A stretch of DNA of 51,792 nt from a virus (Duplodnaviria > Caudoviricetes), in IMG/VR virus record IMGVR_UViG_3300035659_000022, positions 1 through 51,792 of that record. One strand, given 5' to 3'. Under the pieces are notes generated by a model that did not search any database, was not told the origin of the DNA, and saw only the letters and a program-made list of their open reading frames with translations. Position numbers and translations under genes: made by a program. Each line of letters starts with the position of its first letter. The stretch's first letter is position 1. This document shows positions 29,167 through 37,641 of this stretch, piece by piece.

Positions 29167-30595
29167 ACGGTTGCCTCTCTACGTAGCTAACTGCAAATGA
29201 ACCTGAAGGATTAGCAGCGGCGCTCGTCAGAGCTAGCATAAAAGCGATTGCATAGTCGTCGTTCTCACCCTCGGGAGCCTTGAGGGTCGCTCCTTCAATA
29301 AGAGATAATTGCGTCCTAGTCTTTGGACAATGAATAACTGCTTTACCGTCACGCAGTAACTCGGCTCCGCTCGAATACATGAGGTCCTTACTCTTACTGG
29401 TGGTTTGCCAGCCAACGTGGCCGTCCCCACCACAAAGTAAGTAGCTCCTGTAGTTATAGACCTCCTCAAGTGCTAACAAAACCGCGTGGCCATGGTTGTT
29501 ACGCTCCACCATCAGTTTTGCACCACCAAAGGTCTTCGAAAGGGCGTGCAAATATCCTGCAAACACCTTCGGTTCTATTTTGCCAGCAAGAACGCAAACC
29601 TCCTCGAGAGTGTCCCGAGCAACTACGTGCGCAACCGAGTCGTTGCTTTCAGGACTGCCTTCTGCAGGGTCCGCACCAATCACGTACTGGTGGGATAACT
29701 GAGGGACCACGTATAATTGCAAAAACGGTAAACTGTACTTATGGTCGGTTATAACCGGCAGCTCGTGAAAGCACTTCAAGATCCACTTGAAAGGTATACG
29801 GCGATCTAACTCCGGAGGTGCTAAAGCTTCCTCATCTGTAGCGGGGTACTGCTGGTGCAAGTCATCGAGACCACCGGTACGAGATAAGATGTCATCCTTC
29901 TGCGTCTGGTACCATACCTCATCGCGACCTGGATGCGCGTACCATGGCAGGAAGATGGACTTCCAGTCGTTCTTGCCGTCCCTTGCTGCCCGGTAGGTTT
30001 GCTTGAAAAGGCTGTTCGGCGTCGTCTTGTCAGCCCGACTCAACAAGGCCATACCGCCACCACCGTCAATAGTTGGTTTCACTGCATTCATCAATGCATC
30101 TAAGTCAGGCACCAAGTCAGCTTCATCAACAAAGGCGTAACTGGCTGTGTAGGAGTCACCTGCCGTGGTAGGGAATCCGTATGCAACGGATCCATTACTT
30201 AGTACCCACTCGTGCGATGCGTCGGTTAGTATTTGACGAACACGCATCCACTTCGGGAGGCGGAGGTAGATACCTCGGAGACGCTGCAATCCCAATAAGT
30301 AGATAGCTTCCGTCTCACGCCGGGAGAACAGAAGTGCGGTAAACGAGGGCCGAAACAGCATACTCCAAAGGACGAAGCACAGTACCAACCAAGTCATGCC
30401 TAACTGGCGTGCTTTGAGAATAACATTCAATCGGTTGTTAAGGAGCAAGTCTAACGCGTCAAGTTGTCTTGGCCATAACGCAAAAGGGATCCACTTACCT
30501 GTCGGAGCGTCGTAAATCTTACAGTAAGTATAAATAAAATATGCAACCGAGGCACTACACTTCAGCCACTCCTCACGGATCCTGGTTTCCGCCAT
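29138..30595 (-). CDS. terL: Terminase large subunit
   Basis: LKARQLGMT (Walker A), FVDEA (Walker B), GADPAEG, ERNNHG, DDYAIA (nuclease). Confidence 0.93.
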   Translation of the reverse strand: MAETRIREEWLKCSASVAYFIYTYCKIYDAPTGKWIPFALWPRQLDALDLLLNNRLNVILKARQLGMTWLVLCFVLWSMLFRPSFTALLFSRRETEAIYLLGLQRLRGIYLRLPKWMRVRQILTDASHEWVLSNGSVAYGFPTTAGDSYTASYAFVDEADLVPDLDALMNAVKPTIDGGGGMALLSRADKTTPNSLFKQTYRAARDGKNDWKSIFLPWYAHPGRDEVWYQTQKDDILSRTGGLDDLHQQYPATDEEALAPPELDRRIPFKWILKCFHELPVITDHKYSLPFLQLYVVPQLSHQYVIGADPAEGSPESNDSVAHVVARDTLEEVCVLAGKIEPKVFAGYLHALSKTFGGAKLMVERNNHGHAVLLALEEVYNYRSYLLCGGDGHVGWQTTSKSKDLMYSSGAELLRDGKAVIHCPKTRTQLSLIEGATLKAPEGENDDYAIAFMLALTSAAANPSGSFAVSYVERQPYGIGQFRTH

Positions 30596-31196
30596 AGGTG
30601 TCTTTCTCCCAAGCGGCTACCTCTTGCTCAGCCTTGTGCAGCTCGTCCGCTGTATACGGTTCAATTCGGCTTACACCGATGTTCGTCGTACCCGGCAACC
30701 CACCACGGTCAAGTATTTCCTTTGCAGCTGACACCTTCAGACGAGGAATGGTTAGCGCGTCGGCCAATGCGTCTGCTGCATCCTCCATGCTCCGCATTAT
30801 CTTATCACGGGCCTTGTCGACAAGAGTAACATACTCTAACAAGTTGAGCCTATCAAAGGCCTCTGCTCGCTGCCTCCACTGCCAGTCATGACACGCATGT
30901 TGCCAACTAACGGCACCCCGGACAGTGTTAGCGGTCTTTTTAAGCCCTACAGCATTCGGACGTTCAGCCGCTAAATAGGCCAAATACGCTCGCGTGAGTG
31001 TCCTACTCGGCCCAAACGGCAAGAAGTATGTCATAAACCGCACATACCACCTTAACGGCTCGTTTGGCATCTGTAGCCAAGGAGTCTCAATTACCGCCGA
31101 GGGCGAGGGTACAACTAGAACGCCGGGCCTGTTGGCAGGGGTAATCGCAAGTTGTGCGTCATCGATCGTTTGCTCAGCCATCGAGTCCTTATTCAA
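30573..31196 (-). CDS. terS: Terminase small subunit (putative)
   Basis: Directly upstream of TerL; W..RAEAFD and AAKEILDRGG motifs. Confidence 0.65.
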   Translation of the reverse strand: MNKDSMAEQTIDDAQLAITPANRPGVLVVPSPSAVIETPWLQMPNEPLRWYVRFMTYFLPFGPSRTLTRAYLAYLAAERPNAVGLKKTANTVRGAVSWQHACHDWQWRQRAEAFDRLNLLEYVTLVDKARDKIMRSMEDAADALADALTIPRLKVSAAKEILDRGGLPGTTNIGVSRIEPYTADELHKAEQEVAAWEKDTYGGNQDP

Positions 31197-31581
31197 ACTG
31201 GTGTAAGTACAAAGCAGCTGCTAAAAGAGACTCTTCACTATCGAAGGCATACCCTAATAACTTGTTGCAGTTAGGACATAGGAGCCCGCGCACGCGGTTA
31301 GTCATGTGGTCGTGGTCGACCTCAAGCCGCTCAGCAAGCTCACTTTGGTGTTTGCCACAAATGGCACAACAACCTGCTTGCGTTGAGAACAATACGCTGT
31401 AGTCGTCGAGGGTAAGGTCATATTTCTGCCGAAGGTGCTGTTCTTGCATGTACGTGCGTTTGCACTCCTTACAGACTCGGCTAAGCCCTCCAATGTTACC
31501 TACCTGAGCGGGAAATTCCTCCACCGGCTTATCCCGGTGACACCTATTGCAAACTCGAGTCAGGGCTACAGACTCACTCAT
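31189..31581 (-). CDS. Recombination endonuclease VII-like nuclease
   Basis: CAICG...LEVDHDH...VRGLLCPNCN; N-terminal CxxC/CxxC; likely start ATG 31581. Confidence 0.85.
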   Translation of the reverse strand: MSESVALTRVCNRCHRDKPVEEFPAQVGNIGGLSRVCKECKRTYMQEQHLRQKYDLTLDDYSVLFSTQAGCCAICGKHQSELAERLEVDHDHMTNRVRGLLCPNCNKLLGYAFDSEESLLAAALYLHQFE

Positions 31582-31620
31582 ATTATAAGTATACCAGAAA
31601 AGAGTCCAAAAAAATCTACC
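31582..31620 (-). promoter_or_regulatory. Leftward (late arm) promoter, possibly leaderless
   Basis: TGgTATACT extended -10 lies 6 nt upstream of ATG 31581. Confidence 0.5.
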
Positions 31621-31665
31621 GTCGGTAAAGGACCTAGGCATACCTTCGAGATCCGTAATAGTCTC

Positions 31666-31695
31666 TAGACAAAAAATCCAAAAACTGATTATAAT
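31666..31695 (+). promoter_or_regulatory. Rightward sigma70-type promoter
   Basis: TAGACA-N18-TATAAT; AAGGAGG RBS downstream. Confidence 0.6.
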
Positions 31696-31733
31696 TGATC
31701 AATGCTCAATAATCGCACAAGGAGGCGACAATC

Positions 31734-32183
31734 ATGGACACAACTAAAGAGGCCGAGATCCTACAAATGCAGGCCGCAGGCATGAAACCAGCCGCCATCG
31801 CTACCGAACTCGAACTAGCCATCACAACTGTCCGGGGGGTGTTAAGGAAACACGTGCCGCAAGTCGTTGCGGTAGTAGACGAAGAGGCAGTTGTGAGCGA
31901 GTACACCAAAAGCGTTCCCGTAGGAGAGATCCTAAGGGAGCACGGCATTAGCTACGCGACTTTGTATCGCATACTCGCAGACCATGATATACCTACACGA
32001 GTAGCGGCAAGCACTGTCGGGAGGCATTTGCAAATGCAGGCCGCTATAGACCTGTATAAAGCTGGAACCCCCTTGTGGCAAATACTTGAAGAAACTGGAG
32101 TCCCACAACCAACGCTTCACAACGAGCTTCACCTACAAGGCATCCCCCTACGCCGTCCGCGCAGGCACCTAGCACAGCCCTAG
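31734..32183 (+). CDS. Tandem-HTH DNA-binding protein
   Basis: Three HTH-like units; paralog of 36643..36939. Confidence 0.7.
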   Translation: MDTTKEAEILQMQAAGMKPAAIATELELAITTVRGVLRKHVPQVVAVVDEEAVVSEYTKSVPVGEILREHGISYATLYRILADHDIPTRVAASTVGRHLQMQAAIDLYKAGTPLWQILEETGVPQPTLHNELHLQGIPLRRPRRHLAQP

Positions 32184-32228
32184 ATATTGCGCGTAGCGCC
32201 CCGTTGATTCTTCGTTCGGAGGTGTAAA

Positions 32229-32507
32229 GTGAAAATGCTTTCTACTGCAGAGAAGCGAGACGTTACCAAACTTAGGCGTATTGTTGCACTAGCAGACGAG
32301 ATACTATCCCTTACGGGCGACGATGGGTTGTTCCTGACTGTGTTAGGGGGAGAGATGAGCATTATACAGGACTCTGCTCTTAAGGTTCGAGTTGCCGCCG
32401 CGAACGCTTTGGTAGTCGGTTTCGAAGATACTTCAGCGGTGATGAAAGACCCGCCGCACCAGGTTGACCGGAGTCATGTAGAGGTGTCACATGTCCAAAG
32501 CAAGTGA
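32229..32507 (+). CDS. Hypothetical protein
   Basis: GGAGGT RBS. Confidence 0.55.
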   Translation: MKMLSTAEKRDVTKLRRIVALADEILSLTGDDGLFLTVLGGEMSIIQDSALKVRVAAANALVVGFEDTSAVMKDPPHQVDRSHVEVSHVQSK

Positions 32508-32736
32508 TCCCCAACCACGCCCGGTAAAAGGCTTTGGTGCGCAGGTTGTTTTTGAAATAGTAATCGAAGACGTTCGGGAGCGCTCGGAGGTAGGTAGGGT
32601 GCGGTACGGTACTCCTCTTATGACGTTTAACGGCCGAGATGCTTTGTGGGATGCCTATCAGGAGGCCATAGATTTAGTGATGTATCTCCGCCAAGTAATT
32701 TTGGAGCGGGAAGCTACTCCTCATGACCACGGGTAA
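32491..32736 (+). CDS. Small all-alpha NTP pyrophosphohydrolase-like protein
   Basis: R..G..RYGTPL...DAYQEAIDLVMYL (ExxD metal-binding pattern of the MazG-like superfamily). Confidence 0.5.
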   Translation: MSKASDPQPRPVKGFGAQVVFEIVIEDVRERSEVGRVRYGTPLMTFNGRDALWDAYQEAIDLVMYLRQVILEREATPHDHG

Positions 32737-32871
32737 AATACGACACCCCCTTTAGTTTGATGTCTATGGGCCGGAAAATGGGCTACTCTTGAAATTCAGT
32801 CGGAGGGTTTTACCCCCCAAAAAATACCCGGTTAAGTTCCCTTAACAATTAAGGCCCTTTAACTATTGAAT

Positions 32872-32907
32872 AACCTTAACAACCTTAACAACCTTAACAA
32901 CCTTAAC
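32872..32907 (+). repeat. Tandem repeat (AACCTTAAC)x4 in an AT-rich island
   Basis: Four perfect copies; a further partial CCTTAACAATT at 32840. Confidence 0.9.
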
Positions 32908-33109
32908 AATTTTATTAAGTCATAAACTCATATAAACTTCTAATGTAATTCAAATACTAAGGTTATATACTAAATATAACCAAGTAGGGAGGTGGGAGGG
33001 AAATATAAAACAATTTTAGGGGTTGTCGAACCTTTATAATAAAATAAACTACCAATCAATAACAAAAGAGGTTATTGGATCCAAATCATCCAACATAAAA
33101 GAGGATAAA

Positions 33110-33442
33110 GTGGATACAGAAAAGTTACTTTCTATCAAAGACATCTGTCGGTTATATGGTCTTAGTGATATGCGGGTTAGAGCCGCTATCCGGAAGGGTC
33201 AATTCAAAACTACCTTAGGGTTAGTTTCCGGGACTAAAACCCCTAAGCACTATGCCAAGCCGGTAGATGTTGAAAATTGGAGGAAAGCTTCCACTACTCA
33301 TACCAAACGGATGGATGGTCGGAATAAGTATTCCATCTACGCAACAAAAGAAGAGAAAGAGGTGTTGGACAGACTGCTTTCGGAAAATAAGTTGAGTCTT
33401 CCACTCAACTTTGCTAACCGGAAAAAAGTTGAAGTAGAATAA
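33110..33442 (+). CDS. Excisionase/MerR-like HTH protein, paralog 1 (AT-rich copy)
   Basis: GAGGA RBS and GTG 33110; GLSDMRVRAAIRKG...HTKRMDGRNKYSIYAT; TATAAT at 33035. Confidence 0.75.
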   Translation: MDTEKLLSIKDICRLYGLSDMRVRAAIRKGQFKTTLGLVSGTKTPKHYAKPVDVENWRKASTTHTKRMDGRNKYSIYATKEEKEVLDRLLSENKLSLPLNFANRKKVEVE

Positions 33443-33444
33443 CT

Positions 33445-33483
33445 AAAAGAGAGGTTAGTTGACAAACTAACCTCTCTTTTTTT
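33445..33483. terminator. Bidirectional intrinsic terminator
   Basis: Perfect 16-bp stem AAAAGAGAGGTTAGTT-GACA-AACTAACCTCTCTTTT plus T tail. Confidence 0.85.
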
Positions 33484-33548
33484 GTTAGGATATACACGTA
33501 ACATACGTCGAATACGTCTATATTATATGAAGGGTTAGGAGGCCCCCG

Positions 33549-33672
33549 TGGAAAGAGTGGAACCCATGGAAACGGGGGGGCGCCTATGGAACATGGAAGC
33601 GGGGCCCCGGATGGAAATGTAACGCCCGTGGAAGTCCCTTGGAACGCGGGGGGCCATAGGACTTGTTTGGAA
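33549..33672 (+). repeat. TGGAA array 1 (9 copies)
   Basis: TGGAA at 33549, 33558, 33567, 33587, 33594, 33612, 33629, 33640 and 33668, all on the plus strand. Confidence 0.8.
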
Positions 33673-33698
33673 CAGTACCCCATGCGCGTCCAAACAAC

Positions 33699-33729
33699 AA
33701 AAGAGAAACCGCCCCCCTCGGTTTCTCTT
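33699..33729 (-). terminator. Intrinsic terminator for the leftward early genes
   Basis: AAGAGAAACCG-N7-CGGTTTCTCTT with an A-tract on the left. Confidence 0.65.
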
Positions 33730-33747
33730 GCGCATCACGCTTGGCGG

Positions 33748-33984
33748 TTACTCGTGAGCAGTAACCGCATGCCGGCGATAGCTGCCCTCGCGGGAGCTGT
33801 GGCCGTCGGTATCTATTGAAAACTCGATGCCATATTCCTCAACGGTATCGGTGAGATTGCGCTCAGTAGTTTCTACTGAGGAGATCGCTCTCGCAACGAT
33901 CTCGAGGAGCCCTGCCTCACTTAGGAGGTTGTCGAGCGCCTCATCCAACGCTTCATGCAGTTGCTTTCTCGTTTCTGTTCTCAT
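33748..33984 (-). CDS. Hypothetical protein
   Basis: AAGGAGAG RBS; own promoter at 34037-34080. Confidence 0.6.
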   Translation of the reverse strand: MRTETRKQLHEALDEALDNLLSEAGLLEIVARAISSVETTERNLTDTVEEYGIEFSIDTDGHSSREGSYRRHAVTAHE

Positions 33985-34036
33985 GCTATCTCTCCTTCAT
34001 GTTTTCGAAGCCGGCGGCTTCGATTCCTCATTATTA

Positions 34037-34080
34037 TAATTATAAGTAGTCCACAGGGCACATTTCAAGTATGCTCTTTT
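34037..34080 (-). promoter_or_regulatory. Early promoter, AAAGAG-class
   Basis: Minus strand AAAGAG..TTGAAA-N18-TATAAT. Confidence 0.7.
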
Positions 34081-34144
34081 GTAACGGGGGTACGCCCTAT
34101 GCCCAGCAGGATACCTAGGGGCCTCCTGACTCCTAAGTTCCTTG

Positions 34145-34552
34145 TTATTGCTTGGCTGCGAAGTATCTACCTAACTCGATGGCGGGGCCGGGCTCTCCAA
34201 TCCAATCTTCAATCCAATCCCCAAAGCGGTTTATCAGCGACTCCTGCAGCGCTCTCTCCTCTTTGGAAACCTCTTCGGTTGGGTCCCACTTGAAATCTCC
34301 TCTCGCGTAGTAGTTCATCGCAAGTTGGCCAACAACCTCGAGCTCGCGGTCGCTGAGGCCGTAGGAGAGATCTTCTTTGGCCTCTTCCACCATATGAGGA
34401 TCGAGGTCCACGAAGATCCTCATCGGCGTACCCTCAATAGTAACGTCGACGAAGAATAGCTTCGGGTTACCTTTGGGGTCGAACTGCCTCATAGGGACTT
34501 CGGCCGCCGGCTGGTCCTTGTCCTTGGCGTAGACGATCAATTTCGGTTCCAT
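34145..34552 (-). CDS. Hypothetical acidic protein
   Basis: AAAGGAG RBS; 135 aa. Confidence 0.7.
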   Translation of the reverse strand: MEPKLIVYAKDKDQPAAEVPMRQFDPKGNPKLFFVDVTIEGTPMRIFVDLDPHMVEEAKEDLSYGLSDRELEVVGQLAMNYYARGDFKWDPTEEVSKEERALQESLINRFGDWIEDWIGEPGPAIELGRYFAAKQ

Positions 34553-34565
34553 GTCATCTCTCCTT

Positions 34566-34793
34566 TCAAGCTACAGGCCCATACATCACTTCATAGGCCT
34601 CTTCCAAAAGGTGACCAAGTCGTACCATGGTCTCCTTAGGGGTATCATCAGGATAACTCTCCGGCTCGGTCCCAAGCCCGTACTCGCCTGGGAACAAGAT
34701 CATATGCATCCTCCGGAGGATCTTTTGAAGCTCTTGCTCTTTCGTTTCATCCATGCCATTACTCCTTTTTATTTTTGAGGCCCACGGCCTCAA
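34566..34793 (-). CDS. Hypothetical protein
   Basis: An AAGGAG RBS suggests a true start near 34759/34754; behind the promoter at 34811. Confidence 0.55.
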   Translation of the reverse strand: MRPWASKIKRSNGMDETKEQELQKILRRMHMILFPGEYGLGTEPESYPDDTPKETMVRLGHLLEEAYEVMYGPVA

Positions 34794-34810
34794 TTCTTTA
34801 TGATACTATA

Positions 34811-34850
34811 ATTATAATGCATTTTGGGGAATCTTACCAGAATACTCTTT
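34811..34850 (-). promoter_or_regulatory. Early promoter, AAAGAG-class
   Basis: Minus strand AAAGAG..TGGTAA-N17-TATAAT(TATAGTA). Confidence 0.7.
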
Positions 34851-34974
34851 TGGATTTAGGAAGGGGGTCGCGCATGGCACTTCTCTTCTGCCTATCGCGC
34901 TGCCAAGTGACAAGGGGGCCCGCTGGCGTCCAAGGAACTAGGGTAAGGGGAAGGGATGAACCCATACAGACCCA

Positions 34975-35047
34975 TGGAACAGATGGAAAGTACGCCGGGG
35001 GTGTCTTTGGAACAAGTGGAACGGGGGCCCCATGGAACCCGATGGAA
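34975..35047 (+). repeat. TGGAA array 2 (6 copies in 3 pairs) between divergent promoters
   Basis: TGGAA at 34975/34984, 35008/35017 and 35033/35043. Confidence 0.8.
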
Positions 35048-35067
35048 CACTGCTCGCGCGCGTACCA

Positions 35068-35107
35068 AAAGAGGTAACTTGTAAATTCCCAGTAGTGCTG
35101 GTATAAT
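35068..35107 (+). promoter_or_regulatory. Early promoter, AAAGAG-class
   Basis: AAAGAG..TTGTAA-N17-TATAAT with TG extension. Confidence 0.8.
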
Positions 35108-35162
35108 ATATGCATAATAAAGGATCCCGCTAGGGCTCCCCCACCCAAGAAGGAGTAACGCA

Positions 35163-35522
35163 ATGTCTCAGAAAGGTTCCACCCAGTCCTTCACTTTGAA
35201 GGAAGCCGCTCATGAAGTCGGCCTATCCGACTTCCGCGTCCGGAGCGCCATCCGTAAGGGTGACCTCAAGACGACCCTCGAGCCTATCAAGGAAGGCTCC
35301 AAGACCAACCGCCACGTGATCACGGAGGCGGATCTCAAGGCTTGGCGCGCCGTAACCGGCAGCCATACCAGGCGCGCCGACGGCCGCAACAAGTACTCTA
35401 TGTACGCGACCGCCGAAGAGTACGAGGCGGTGATGAAGCTTCTGGCCGAACAGAAGCTGGCGCTCCCGATCGTCCGCGCGAATGTCAAAAAGGCCGTTGA
35501 GGCCGAGCCCGCAGCCGAGTAA
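35163..35522 (+). CDS. Excisionase/MerR-like HTH protein, paralog 2
   Basis: AAGGAG RBS; FTLKEAAHEVGLSDFRVRSAIRKGDL...HTRRADGRNKYSMYAT; high-expression codon bias. Confidence 0.85.
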   Translation: MSQKGSTQSFTLKEAAHEVGLSDFRVRSAIRKGDLKTTLEPIKEGSKTNRHVITEADLKAWRAVTGSHTRRADGRNKYSMYATAEEYEAVMKLLAEQKLALPIVRANVKKAVEAEPAAE

Positions 35523-35542
35523 CCCCAAGCCAAGCAACAATA

Positions 35543-35574
35543 GGAAAGCCGCCAGTAGGCATAGGCGGCTTTCC
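35543..35574 (+). terminator. Hairpin after paralog 2
   Basis: GGAAAGCCGCC-N10-GGCGGCTTTCC. Confidence 0.6.
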
Positions 35575-35600
35575 GCCATCCCTTACTAAGGAGACGAATC

Positions 35601-35915
35601 ATGAACGAGCATAAGCTTGAAGTCATGACCGCAGAGAACATCGAGAAGTTCGCTGTCATGGGCAGTTGGCCATCGGCCGCCAGGATGCGGGTGGACCTTG
35701 GGTTTGATGAATCCGCGACCGACGCACTCATAGGTTGCTATACGGACCTAGAGGGCGTTGTTAACTTCAGTCGAGAGGCCCCCGAGGGCCCCGTGCGTAA
35801 GGGCCACGGATTCTCGATCATCCACGGACGCCTATACCTGCGGCCCGTCGAAGGAGTCGAAACAGAGCCTGGGGTCCTCTGGGTCACGGAGGAGCAGTAC
35901 CGCCAACTCTTTTAG
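35601..35915 (+). CDS. Hypothetical protein
   Basis: AAGGAG RBS. Confidence 0.7.
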   Translation: MNEHKLEVMTAENIEKFAVMGSWPSAARMRVDLGFDESATDALIGCYTDLEGVVNFSREAPEGPVRKGHGFSIIHGRLYLRPVEGVETEPGVLWVTEEQYRQLF

Positions 35916-35924
35916 GAGGCCAGA

Positions 35925-36083
35925 ATGCTAAAAGTGTATTTTAGCCTACTCACAGAAAACTGGTGGGTGGTGCTCTGCAATAAGGTTAGTGGAGAAGTAG
36001 AACGGTTCGTAGCCGGCCCATTCGTCGGCGGTGAGCTGGTAGCCCAAGCGTGGGCTGACGAGCATCAAGGCTCCTACACCTAA
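35925..36083 (+). CDS. 52-aa hypothetical protein (missing from the ORF track)
   Basis: AGGAGG RBS; MLKVYFSLLTENWWVV...GSYT*. Confidence 0.6.
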   Translation: MLKVYFSLLTENWWVVLCNKVSGEVERFVAGPFVGGELVAQAWADEHQGSYT

Positions 36084-36091
36084 ACAAGATG

Positions 36092-36122
36092 GCACGCTGG
36101 AAGGGGGCCGGCGTGCTTTTTT
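36092..36122 (+). terminator. Intrinsic terminator
   Basis: GCACGCTGG-N7-CCGGCGTGC-T6. Confidence 0.75.
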
Positions 36123-36642
36123 GTTACCCTAAGGCGGGGCCATAGGACACAACCCCTAAGCACAGTCCTCGTGGAATGCCGTCGATTCGGTGGCACGCGT
36201 GGAACTAAGTGCGTATGGGTTAGCAAGTGGGTTGTTGGACAGATGGCCCTGGAAAAAAAGAGAAGACATCGCCCAAACCAAATGCCCCATACGCTAACCC
36301 ACCAGTAACATCGTATGCGCGACCCGGCACCAGCACGCACCCTAGCGCACATAAATAATAATAATAATAATAAATAAACAGCAGATGACAATTATAATAT
36401 AATAATACAATTCCCAAGGCGTACGTCCAGTCTAAAGCATTAGTGATACCGGGTGTAAGATCAAGAAGAACTTTTATGTACATCTTCATCTTCCTACACC
36501 CTAGACTTCATATGCTGGGGATCCAAAGGCCGCCCTCAGGCAATGTTTTTATTTTTTGCTTATCAAACAAGAAGGGCCTCAATCCTAGCTATACAAAAAA
36601 GTTGTACTCGGTATATAATTTATAGAAGAAAAGGAGGTAGAC

Positions 36643-36939
36643 ATGACCAGCGAAGTCGATACCGTTGTGGAGTTCCTCCAAGGTGCCCCTATTACTGACA
36701 TCCTCGAGAGGCATCAGCTCACTCTCGAAGCCTTCCATGTCCTCATTAACTCGGAAGACCTTGCACTCAAACCGCAAGTGCGAGACGAGTTAAGACGGAG
36801 GGCATACAATATTGCTGTACAAATGTACATCGACGGTAAGCACCTTTGGGAGATTGAACTAGCAACTAGTGTGCAGTCAGCTTACTTGTACAAAAAGCTA
36901 CGGCAACGAGGCGTGCCGCTTAGGAATCGAAAATTGTAA
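36643..36939 (+). CDS. Tandem-HTH protein, paralog of 31734..32183
   Basis: AAGGAGG RBS; ILERHQL...AVQMYIDGKHLWEIELATSV...LRQRGVPLR. Confidence 0.7.
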   Translation: MTSEVDTVVEFLQGAPITDILERHQLTLEAFHVLINSEDLALKPQVRDELRRRAYNIAVQMYIDGKHLWEIELATSVQSAYLYKKLRQRGVPLRNRKL

Positions 36940-36977
36940 AAGAGCTCCTTCCGAAAATCCTAAAGATACGTTATAAT
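36939..36977 (+). promoter_or_regulatory. Early promoter, AAAGAG-class
   Basis: AAAGAG..TTCCGA-N17-TATAAT. Confidence 0.75.
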
Positions 36978-37005
36978 TACTATAACCTAAAAGGAAAGGA
37001 GCATC

Positions 37006-37359
37006 ATGTCCAAACCCCCCAAGCTCACCGTAACAGACGTTATCCAAATAGCGATGCGCGATAACGGAGATCCTGCTGCAGCTGTCCTGCAGTACATGCA
37101 GCGTACTGACTCAGGCGCGACCTTCCGAGATGCGATACTCGCCGTTTGGACCTACTTGCAGCAGTCTAACACTCCACCTCACGGCAGTGTAGCGTGTTCA
37201 AAATGTTACCACGTCGTTGAAGAAATCGAGGCCAGGTTCGGTCACTTCCACCCCCTAGCCCTACTGGAACCGTATTGCGTGGATTGCGCGAGCGACCCAA
37301 ACTTCCTAGACGAGTCGGACAACGTGTTTCTCTTCGGCCGTCCCCGCCATCGCCCATGA
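37006..37359 (+). CDS. Hypothetical protein with two CxxC pairs
   Basis: AAGGAG RBS; CSKC...CVDC. Confidence 0.65.
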   Translation: MSKPPKLTVTDVIQIAMRDNGDPAAAVLQYMQRTDSGATFRDAILAVWTYLQQSNTPPHGSVACSKCYHVVEEIEARFGHFHPLALLEPYCVDCASDPNFLDESDNVFLFGRPRHRP

Positions 37360-37366
37360 TGTAACA

Positions 37367-37405
37367 TAAGAGCCTCTTCAAAGAAGCTCCAAGGTATGTT
37401 ATAAT
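37367..37405 (+). promoter_or_regulatory. Early promoter, AAAGAG-class
   Basis: TAAGAG..TTCAAA-N17-TATAATTATAGTAAC. Confidence 0.75.
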
Positions 37406-37462
37406 TATAGTAACCTTAAGTACCCACCTAAATCCCTACCCCAAGAAAGGAAAGGAAGCACC

Positions 37463-37639
37463 ATGCCCCCAAACCAAGATGTAATGGCCAAGATGGAAGC
37501 CGCAGCAGCGGAAGCTGCTAAAGAGCTCCCAACCACTGGCACAGCCCAGCAGCTTGCTGACTGGATCGCGAAGTGGTATATGCAAGCCGGTTACAAGCGC
37601 CTATGTCGGCTGATCCTACAAGCGTTCGGTCATCGCTAG
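37463..37639 (+). CDS. 58-aa hypothetical protein (missing from the ORF track)
   Basis: AAGGA RBS; MPPNQDVMAKMEAAA...WIAKWYMQAGYKRLCRLIL. Confidence 0.7.
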   Translation: MPPNQDVMAKMEAAAAEAAKELPTTGTAQQLADWIAKWYMQAGYKRLCRLILQAFGHR

Positions 37640-37641
37640 CC

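Noticed and set aside
33549-35047. TGGAA arrays or promoter repeats as a CRISPR or mini-CRISPR array
   Set aside because: The conserved unit is only 5-9 nt with irregular spacing; there is no 25-40 nt repeat with uniform spacers.
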